From Candidatus Omnitrophota bacterium (GTDB lineage: Bacteria; Omnitrophota; Gorgyraeia; Zapsychrales; Zapsychraceae), in contig JAIORP010000090.1 of NCBI GenBank assembly GCA_021108075.1, positions 79,828-143,827 of the forward strand: a stretch of DNA of 64,000 nt, read 5' to 3'. Shown here in pieces: positions 56,867-64,000 of the stretch. The number at the start of each line of letters is the position of its first letter. Position 1 is the first letter of the stretch. The notes below the pieces were generated by a model. It saw only the letters and a program-made list of their open reading frames with translations, ran no database searches and was not told where the DNA came from. The translations under genes were made by a program, and so were the position numbers.

Positions 56867-58243
56867 ATGAAAAAATATATTTTGTGTTTGTCCGCTGTTC
56901 TTTTGTGGACAAATCCTTCTTATGCGAAGATCGATTTAGCAACATTGCCGGCGCGCGACAGTGTGCAGTTGACGATTTATAATTCAGCGGATTTAACATT
57001 AGCCAGAGAAAGCCGTTCATTGACTTTTAAGGCCGGGTTCAATGAACTTCAATTTTCTTGGGCCAATACGCTGATCGACCCGACCAGCCTGGAAATTTTT
57101 CCTCTGTCAGATGCGGATAAAATCGATGTCCAATCCCTGACCTATCCTCCACGGGGCAAGCAGTTAGGCCTTTGGCAGATCCAGAGTGCTTTTACCGGAC
57201 ACGTTCCCGTTGAAATCAGCTATTTAACGAGCGGGTTGAGTTGGCGCGCCTTTTATTTGGGAACCTTGACTTCTGATGAAAAAGAGATGGCCTTAAAAGG
57301 ATATGTGCGCGTGATGAATCATAGCGGGGAGGACTATGAAAACGCTCAAATTCGTCTGATCGTCGGTAAGGTCCATATCATCGACCAGATTGCTCAATTA
57401 GCACAGCGCCAGTATCCGTACGGGTTTCCACAATTATTGGACAGAGGTTTAGCCGGAGGTAAGGGAGGTCGAGAACCCAGTCTTGAATTAAAAAATGAAA
57501 TGATGCTGCCACAAATCGATGTCGTCGGAGGCTGCTCTATGCCGAGAAGTTCAGGAATGTATTTTGATAAAGTAAAAGAGATCGTTAAAGAAGGTCTGAG
57601 CGAGTATTTTTTGTATACCATTGAAGGGCGTGAGACTGTTCTTAACGGGTGGTCAAAGCGTTTGCTGAGTTTTGATGTCAGCAAAATTCCGGTGGTCAAC
57701 TTGTATAAATATGAAGAAGAACATTATGGACGTCAGGTCGTCCGTTTTTTAAGTTTTAAAAATGACGAAGAACATGAGCTGGGTGAGACCCCTATCCCCG
57801 GCGGAGTTCTAAAGGTCTTTCGTCACGTTGATCAAGCCCGGCATTTAAGTTATGAAGGGCAATCCCAATTCAAATATATCCCTGTGGATGATGATGTTGA
57901 ATTGAACCTGGGGGGAGTCGGGAACGTTATTGTCGAACCCACTTTGATGGATAACAAGTCGGAAAATTATATGTTTGATCGATACGGAAACATTATTGGC
58001 TGGGATGAAATGAAAGAATTTAAAATAAAAATTAAAAATACGCGAGCGATTCCAGTTAAAATTGAAATTAAACGGAATATTCACCATCCGAAATGGACGA
58101 TTCAAAATCAGGGGGATGTCGGTTTTTACGAAAAAATTGATGCCGACACCATTAAATATACGCTTGATTTGACCCCGAGGGAAGATAAAGACATTGTTTA
58201 TGTGCTGAGAATTTACCATGGCCGTCGGGGCGACGTTCAATAA
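56867..58243 (+). CDS. Secreted protein, paralog P4
   Basis: MKKYILCLSAVLLW...AKIDLATLPARDSVQL... with C-terminus YHGRRGDVQ. Confidence 0.7.
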   Translation: MKKYILCLSAVLLWTNPSYAKIDLATLPARDSVQLTIYNSADLTLARESRSLTFKAGFNELQFSWANTLIDPTSLEIFPLSDADKIDVQSLTYPPRGKQLGLWQIQSAFTGHVPVEISYLTSGLSWRAFYLGTLTSDEKEMALKGYVRVMNHSGEDYENAQIRLIVGKVHIIDQIAQLAQRQYPYGFPQLLDRGLAGGKGGREPSLELKNEMMLPQIDVVGGCSMPRSSGMYFDKVKEIVKEGLSEYFLYTIEGRETVLNGWSKRLLSFDVSKIPVVNLYKYEEEHYGRQVVRFLSFKNDEEHELGETPIPGGVLKVFRHVDQARHLSYEGQSQFKYIPVDDDVELNLGGVGNVIVEPTLMDNKSENYMFDRYGNIIGWDEMKEFKIKIKNTRAIPVKIEIKRNIHHPKWTIQNQGDVGFYEKIDADTIKYTLDLTPREDKDIVYVLRIYHGRRGDVQ

Positions 58244-58255
58244 GACCAGGGGATT

Positions 58256-59611
58256 TTGATGAAAAAGAATATTTTAGCTTTGCTATTCCTGTTCTTATGG
58301 CCAAACATTTCACACGCTAAAATAGATTTGGTCATTTTACCCACACAGGACAGCGTTCAATTAACGATTTATAATTCAGCGGATTTGACCCTGGTGAAAG
58401 AAACGCGTTTTTTGACATTAAAAGAAGGTTTCAATGAACTGCAGTTTTCGTGGGCCAATACGCTCATTGACCCGACCAGCCTGGAAATATCGTCAAAAAA
58501 GAAAACAGATGTGATAAATGTCCGGTCGTTGAAGTATCCCCCGAAGATAAAAAATGTGGGATTATGGAATATCCATAGTCGCATAAGCGGGCAAGTCCCA
58601 GTGGAAATCAGTTATTTAACCAGCGGATTAAGCTGGCGCGCTTTTTATTCGGGAACATTGACGCCTGATGAAAAAGAAATGAGCTTAAAAGGTTATGTGC
58701 TTGTAACAAACAACAGCGGGGAGGATTATGCTAACGCGCAAGTTCGTTTGATCGTTGGTCAAGTCCACCTGGTTGACCAGATTTCTAGCCTGGCCCTACG
58801 GTCGGCCCCATATTCAACGCCGTATCAGGCCAAAACGGACAGCAATTCGATACACGCCTTTCAGAACGGCCGGGCACTCGATTATGGTGACTATAGCGAT
58901 GTCACGGCGTCGAGATCATTCAAAAAATACAGACGAAAAGCAAAGGCGGTTTTAAAAGAAGGTTTAAGTGAATATTTTTTGTATACGATCGAAGGGCGAG
59001 AAACAATTCCGAATGGTTGGTCAAAACGTTTACCGAGTTTTGATGTTGGTAAAGTGCCCGTGGTCAATTTATATAAATATGAAGAAGAACGTTACGGTTC
59101 TCAGGTCGTTCGTTTTTTGAGTTTCAAAAACGATCAAGACCATCAATTAGGTGCAACTCCGATCCCGGGTGGAATGCTCAAAGTTTTCCGTCATGTCGAT
59201 CAGGAACACCATCTGAGCTATGAAGGACAATCGCGTTTTAAATATATCCCTATCGATGAAGATGTCGAGTTGAATTTAGGTGAAGCAGGCGATGTTGTCG
59301 TAAAGCCTATGTTAATAAATTTTAAAACGGAGAATTATTTGTTTGATCGCTATGGCAATATTAGCGGGTGGGATGAAGTCTATACGTACAAAATTGCGGT
59401 TAAAAACACCAGAGAGGTCCCGGTTAAAATAGAAATAAAGCGCAATTTTAATGTTCAGAAATGGGATGTTCAACATCAAGGTGATTATGGCGCCTTTGAA
59501 GCCATTGATGCGGATACGATCCAATACACTTTAGGAATGCAAAGTCAAGAGAATAAAGAGTTTATGTATATTTTGCGGGTTTTTCAAGGCCGAAGAGGCG
59601 ATGGCGGGTAA
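58256..59611 (+). CDS. Secreted protein, paralog P5
   Basis: MMKKNILALLFLFLW...AKIDLVILPTQDSVQL... with C-terminus FQGRRGDGG. Confidence 0.7.
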   Translation: MMKKNILALLFLFLWPNISHAKIDLVILPTQDSVQLTIYNSADLTLVKETRFLTLKEGFNELQFSWANTLIDPTSLEISSKKKTDVINVRSLKYPPKIKNVGLWNIHSRISGQVPVEISYLTSGLSWRAFYSGTLTPDEKEMSLKGYVLVTNNSGEDYANAQVRLIVGQVHLVDQISSLALRSAPYSTPYQAKTDSNSIHAFQNGRALDYGDYSDVTASRSFKKYRRKAKAVLKEGLSEYFLYTIEGRETIPNGWSKRLPSFDVGKVPVVNLYKYEEERYGSQVVRFLSFKNDQDHQLGATPIPGGMLKVFRHVDQEHHLSYEGQSRFKYIPIDEDVELNLGEAGDVVVKPMLINFKTENYLFDRYGNISGWDEVYTYKIAVKNTREVPVKIEIKRNFNVQKWDVQHQGDYGAFEAIDADTIQYTLGMQSQENKEFMYILRVFQGRRGDGG

Positions 59612-59648
59612 GTATGATCTGTATGAGTCGTATTATAATAAAAGAAAC

Positions 59649-59677
59649 TTGACTTTTCAAATCAGGACTAGTATACT
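59649..59677 (+). promoter_or_regulatory. Sigma70-type promoter TTGACT-17-TATACT upstream of carAB
   Basis: Consensus-like boxes with a 17-bp spacer, about 280 nt before the carA start. Confidence 0.45.
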
Positions 59678-59750
59678 TCATGCAATCAGCGTTAATTTTT
59701 CCATGAATCCTTAATCCTGTACGCAGTATGGTTTCAGGACGAATTCATCG

Positions 59751-59788
59751 ACAAGACGAACGGGCCATATGTGTCTGTCAGTTTTTTT
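59751..59788 (+). terminator. Leader terminator/attenuator in the carAB 5' UTR
   Basis: Hairpin GACAAGAC(gaacgggccatatgt)GTCTGTC followed by AGTTTTTTTT, between the promoter and carA. Confidence 0.45.
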
Positions 59789-59956
59789 TATAATAAAGAC
59801 TCTTCTTATTTTTTCTTTTTATATTCATTTTTATCTTTTGCGGTTCATATTAATTCTTTATACCTGTTAATAAAAACGTGTCGACCGGATTATTGCAGAT
59901 TTATTAATGTAAACAGTGGGTACGTTAATCACTTGATGTAAACAAATTGCAGTAGA

Positions 59957-61102
59957 ATGAAAAAAGCTATTCTATATCTTGATGACGGTACTTATTTTAT
60001 TGGGCGCTCTTTATCCACAGTTGGAGAATCCGCTGGAGAAGTTATTTTTAATACGTCCATGACCGGTTATCAGGAAATTCTTACCGATCCGTCCTATGCT
60101 GGTCAGATTGTCACGATGACCTACCCCCTCATTGGAAATTACGGTATTAACGACGAAGATATTGAATCCGACAGGGTTCATGTTAATGGATTTGTTGTTA
60201 AGGAGTTTTGCCGGCGTCATTCCAATTATCGAGCAACACAAAGTTTAATCGACTATCTTGATCAAAATAATATATTGGCTGTTGAAGGGATTGACACGCG
60301 GGCGTTAACACGTCATTTACGTGTGCAGGGGACGATTAAAGGCGTCGTTTCAACCGAAGATTTTGATGTCGATGCCCTGGCCGAGAAATTGAAAAAGGTT
60401 CCTGATATGGAAGGCAGCAATTGGGTGAACCACGTCACAACGCAAGAACCGTATATTTGGTTATCCCAAAAGGGTAAAGTGTCTTTTTCGTCGGAAGATG
60501 GTTATGCCTTAAGGAGCAACAATGCCGCGTACAAGGTCGCCGCGATTGATTGCGGGATCAAGTTTAACATTTTACGTATTTTAGAAAATTTAGGCTGTCA
60601 AGTTTATGTTTTTCCCGCGGACAGCTCTTTTGACGATATCATGTCGGTCCATCCTGATGGATTGTTTGTCTCAAACGGACCAGGAGACCCGGCCGCAGTA
60701 ACACCCGTGATTCAAACGGTCAAGGCGTTCATTGGAACGTTGCCCATTTTTGGCATTTGTTTGGGGCATCAAATCCTTGGGTTGGCCCTGGGAGGAAAAA
60801 CCTTTAAGATGAAATTTGGCCATCACGGCGCGAATCATCCTGTTAAGGATTCATTAAACCAGAGAATAGGGATTACATCCCAAAATCACGGGTTTTGCGT
60901 TGACCTAAAAAGTTTTGACCCCTCAGACATTGAGCTTATTAATATAAATTTGAATGACCGGACATTAGAAGGCATTCGTCATAAGAAGCATCCGATCATC
61001 TCATTTCAACATCATCCGGAAGCTTCACCCGGACCCCATGATGTGCAATATTTATTCCATCATTTTGTAACGATGATGGAACAGGCAAAAGTATCAAAAT
61101 GA
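59957..61102 (+). CDS. carA: Carbamoyl-phosphate synthase small (glutaminase) subunit
   Basis: CPSase small-chain N-domain and a class I GATase domain (GICLGHQ catalytic Cys, HH motif). Confidence 0.9.
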   Translation: MKKAILYLDDGTYFIGRSLSTVGESAGEVIFNTSMTGYQEILTDPSYAGQIVTMTYPLIGNYGINDEDIESDRVHVNGFVVKEFCRRHSNYRATQSLIDYLDQNNILAVEGIDTRALTRHLRVQGTIKGVVSTEDFDVDALAEKLKKVPDMEGSNWVNHVTTQEPYIWLSQKGKVSFSSEDGYALRSNNAAYKVAAIDCGIKFNILRILENLGCQVYVFPADSSFDDIMSVHPDGLFVSNGPGDPAAVTPVIQTVKAFIGTLPIFGICLGHQILGLALGGKTFKMKFGHHGANHPVKDSLNQRIGITSQNHGFCVDLKSFDPSDIELININLNDRTLEGIRHKKHPIISFQHHPEASPGPHDVQYLFHHFVTMMEQAKVSK

Positions 61103-61146
61103 TGAACGGAATATTAGTAACGTTTTATAGCAACAGGTAAAGTGTT

Positions 61147-64000
61147 ATGCCACGACGGACAGATATTAAAAAAATTTTAATTGTCGGTGCGGGACCAATC
61201 GTCATCGGACAGGCCTGTGAATTTGATTATTCTGGAACACAAGCTTGTAAGGCATTAAAAGAAGAAGGTTATGAAATTGTTCTGGCGAACTCTAATCCAG
61301 CGACGATCATGACAGATCCTGAATTTTCTGATCACACATATATTGAGCCGCTAACGCCAGAATATATTGAAGCCATCATAGCCAAAGAAAAACCCTGTGC
61401 CATTTTACCGACACTGGGCGGGCAAACGGCACTTAATATCGCCATGAAGTTAAAAGAGAATGGGGTCTTGGATAAATATCATGTGAGAATGATTGGAGCC
61501 AATTATGAGGTGATCAAGAAAGCCGAAGACAGAGAGTGCTTTAAGGCAGCGATCCAGAAAATCGGCTTGGATGTTCCTCTCAGCGCATTTGCGTATAACA
61601 TTGGACAAGCCCGTCAAGCGGCGAAAGATATAGGGTTTCCCGTTATTATTCGCTCCAGTTACACCTTGGGAGGTACGGGTGGCGGATTCGCTTTTAATGC
61701 AGATGAATTTGAGAAAGTCGCAGCGCGTGGATTAGAAAGCAGTATGAATAGTGAAATCCTGATTGAAGAATCGATCATTGGCTGGAAAGAATACGAGCTG
61801 GAAGTGATGCGTGATAACAGGGATAACGTGGTGATTGTTTGTTCGATTGAGAACCTTGACCCCATGGGTATCCATACCGGGGATAGCATCACGGTCGCGC
61901 CTGCTCAAACCTTAACGGACAAAGAGTATCAGGTTATGCGCAATGCCTCTTTAGCCATTATTAGAGAGATTGGGGTTGAAACAGGTGGATCAAACATTCA
62001 ATTCGCCGTTAATCCCGAAGATGGCCGTATGGTTGTTATCGAAATGAACCCGCGCGTTTCACGGAGCTCTGCCCTGGCAAGTAAAGCTACAGGTTTTCCC
62101 ATTGCTAAATTTGCTGCTAAATTAGCGGTAGGCTATTCTCTCGACGAGATCCAAAATGACATTACGCAAGAAACACCGGCCTCTTTTGAGCCGAGCATTG
62201 ATTATTGTGTTGTTAAGGTCCCCCGATTCACTTTTGAGAAATTTCCAGAGGCCAGGGACGTTTTAGGTGTTCAGATGAAGTCTGTCGGAGAAACAATGGC
62301 GATAGGCAGAACCTTTAAGGAAGCGTTGCAAAAAGGTCTGCGTGGTTTAGAAATTGGGCATATCGGGTTTGATAATAAGCAAAACTTTCAGGATATCTCA
62401 GAAGAGAAAGTCATGCGCCGTTTGTCTGAGCCAAACGCTTCTCGTATTTTTTATTTAAAATATGCCATGCAAAAAGGATGGCATATTGACAAGATCGCTG
62501 AGATTTCAAGAATTGATCCGTGGTTTCTTTATCATTTGAAACAACTGCTCGATGCCGAGCAGGAGCTTATAGAAACAGCAGCGGCAGGAAACGAATTGTC
62601 TGATGAACAATTGCGGCAAGCTAAAGAATATGGATTTAGCGACGCTCAGTTGGGGAAAATTTTTAATCAGACAGAACTCCACATTCGGGAAAAGCGTAAG
62701 CAGAGGGGAATCGTTGCGACCTATAAACTGGTCGACACATGTGCCGCTGAGTTTGAAGCCTACACGCCGTATTTTTATTCGACTTATGAAACAGAAGATG
62801 AGGCGAGGATTCAAATCGATAAGATTAGAGAAAATTCGGCAACTCAACCGAAAAAGATTATGATCTTAGGTGGGGGGCCGAATCGGATCGGCCAGGGGAT
62901 AGAGTTTGATTATTGCTGCTGTCATGCCTCCTTCGCTTTAAAAGAGATGGGTTTTGAAACAATCATGGTTAACTCCAACCCGGAAACGGTATCTACGGAT
63001 TATGATATTTCTGATCGATTGTACTTTGAACCACTCACGTATGAAGATGTTATGAATATTGTTGACGTTGAAAAACCGGATGGTGTGATTGTTCAGTTCG
63101 GTGGTCAAACACCCCTTAATTTAGCCCGTCGATTATCAGAGGCGGGTGTTCCGATCATCGGCACGAGTGTTGATAATATCGAATTAGCGGAAAACCGGGA
63201 AAAATTTGCGGCGTTGATTGATCAATTGGGCCTTGCCCAACCGGACAATGGTTCTGCTTTTTCGGCGGAGGATGCGATTGAAATAGCTCAACGGGTCGGC
63301 TATCCTGTCCTGGCGCGTCCTTCATTTGTCTTGGGTGGACGTGCGATGAAAATTGTATACGATGAAGACTCTTTGGTTTCTTTTATCGATGAGGCGAAAG
63401 ATGTCTCAGGGGGCCACCCGATCCTGATTGATAAATTTATTAATGACGCGATTGAGATTGATGTCGACGCCATCGGTGATGGTGAAGATACGTTTGTCGC
63501 CGGGATTATGGAACACATTGAAAACGCGGGCATCCATTCCGGGGATTCGGCGTGTACGCTTCCACCCCCAACCATCAGCGAAGACATTTTAAATGTAATT
63601 AAAAAACAAACATGCCAAGTCGCCAGGGCTTTAAACGTCATTGGCCTGATTAATATCCAGTTTGCCGTCAAGGGATCCAAGGTTTTTATCCTTGAAGTCA
63701 ATCCACGAGCCTCGCGGACCGTTCCTTTTGTCAGTAAGTCGACAGGAATTCCATTAGCAAAGATTGCCGCAAAAATTATGGCGGGCGATAAATTGTCGCA
63801 ATTTGATGTTTCTTCTTACAACATTGAAAATTTGACGCATTACTCTGTGAAGGAATCCGTCCTACCGTTTTCAAAATTTTCAGGGGTCGACATTGTGCTG
63901 GGTCCTGAAATGAAATCAACAGGTGAGGTCATGGGGATTGCCGCAACGTTTGGTGAGGCTTTTGCTCGTTCCCAGATAAGTGCGAATGCAAGTTTACCGC
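61147..64000 (+). CDS. carB: Carbamoyl-phosphate synthase large subunit (3' end beyond window)
   Basis: The frame is open from the ATG at 61147 to the window end, so it is absent from the ORF track. [33 protein letters not shown] matches the CarB N-terminus. A second ATP-grasp repeat ([21 protein letters not shown]) is visible at about 62860. Confidence 0.9.
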   Translation, partial: MPRRTDIKKILIVGAGPIVIGQACEFDYSGTQACKALKEEGYEIVLANSNPATIMTDPEFSDHTYIEPLTPEYIEAIIAKEKPCAILPTLGGQTALNIAMKLKENGVLDKYHVRMIGANYEVIKKAEDRECFKAAIQKIGLDVPLSAFAYNIGQARQAAKDIGFPVIIRSSYTLGGTGGGFAFNADEFEKVAARGLESSMNSEILIEESIIGWKEYELEVMRDNRDNVVIVCSIENLDPMGIHTGDSITVAPAQTLTDKEYQVMRNASLAIIREIGVETGGSNIQFAVNPEDGRMVVIEMNPRVSRSSALASKATGFPIAKFAAKLAVGYSLDEIQNDITQETPASFEPSIDYCVVKVPRFTFEKFPEARDVLGVQMKSVGETMAIGRTFKEALQKGLRGLEIGHIGFDNKQNFQDISEEKVMRRLSEPNASRIFYLKYAMQKGWHIDKIAEISRIDPWFLYHLKQLLDAEQELIETAAAGNELSDEQLRQAKEYGFSDAQLGKIFNQTELHIREKRKQRGIVATYKLVDTCAAEFEAYTPYFYSTYETEDEARIQIDKIRENSATQPKKIMILGGGPNRIGQGIEFDYCCCHASFALKEMGFETIMVNSNPETVSTDYDISDRLYFEPLTYEDVMNIVDVEKPDGVIVQFGGQTPLNLARRLSEAGVPIIGTSVDNIELAENREKFAALIDQLGLAQPDNGSAFSAEDAIEIAQRVGYPVLARPSFVLGGRAMKIVYDEDSLVSFIDEAKDVSGGHPILIDKFINDAIEIDVDAIGDGEDTFVAGIMEHIENAGIHSGDSACTLPPPTISEDILNVIKKQTCQVARALNVIGLINIQFAVKGSKVFILEVNPRASRTVPFVSKSTGIPLAKIAAKIMAGDKLSQFDVSSYNIENLTHYSVKESVLPFSKFSGVDIVLGPEMKSTGEVMGIAATFGEAFARSQISANASLP

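Noticed and set aside
1-64000. All minus-strand ORFs in the track (for example 3113..3397, 13645..13968, 26032..26382, 47984..48457)
   Set aside because: Every one is embedded antisense within a well-supported + strand gene with recognisable motifs, and none has a family signature or RBS. These are typical shadow ORFs.

Overview
Window description. Low-GC (roughly 38-40%) bacterial chromosome segment in which every supportable gene is on the + strand. It begins in an origin-proximal block: yidC 3' end, a Jag_N-only ORF, a perfect consensus parS, then parA-parB. A TonB-dependent receptor and an Lnt homologue indicate a diderm (Gram-negative-type) cell envelope.

Housekeeping backbone:
- parA-parB-ndk-yicC-gmk with 4-bp gene overlaps, then rpoZ-coaC.
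- tRNA-Cys/Leu/Val cluster, then thrS-infC-rpmI-rplT. infC most likely starts at AUU.
- trkA-trkH, pheST, rarA, 5-FCL ligase, rny-ymdB, a PilZ protein, gltX followed by tRNA-Gln, glnS, pcm.
- A PHP (EndoQ-like) phosphoesterase next to a UvrD helicase, then a TonB-dependent receptor.
- clpB preceded by a CIRCE element, a TPR lipoprotein, lnt, and carA-carB with a leader attenuator. carB runs off the window end.

Accessory content worth attention:
1. 38.3-47.3 kb: a putative RiPP-type peptide locus. It holds an OppA-like SBP, an unannotated 36-codon Cys/Trp-containing ORF with a strong SD, and a radical-SAM/SPASM maturase with an N-terminal extension. These are followed by a four-protein two-component phosphorelay: a sensor HK, an AraC-type RR and two REC-HK hybrids. 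Two paralogous promoters in the locus share a 23-nt upstream motif.
2. 12.6-16.3 kb: a fusion of a GNAT (FeeM/LuxI-like N-acyl amino acid synthase-type) domain to a ThiF/E1 adenylyltransferase domain. It sits behind a structured leader, next to a small RIO/Bud32-like kinase and an alpha/beta hydrolase.
3. 52.9-59.6 kb: five tandem paralogous secreted ~450-aa proteins. Their N- and C-terminal parts are conserved, including a terminal GRRGD tail, and they carry a hypervariable central segment.
4. A dispersed MITE/REP-like repeat family of about 105 bp, with 22-nt terminal inverted repeats ATACCAAATCCATTAAATAATT and two internal-core subfamilies. It occupies many intergenic gaps, and one copy shows compensatory TIR covariation.

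Coordinates I derived by hand (tRNAs, repeats, motifs, small ORFs) may be off by 1-2 nt.
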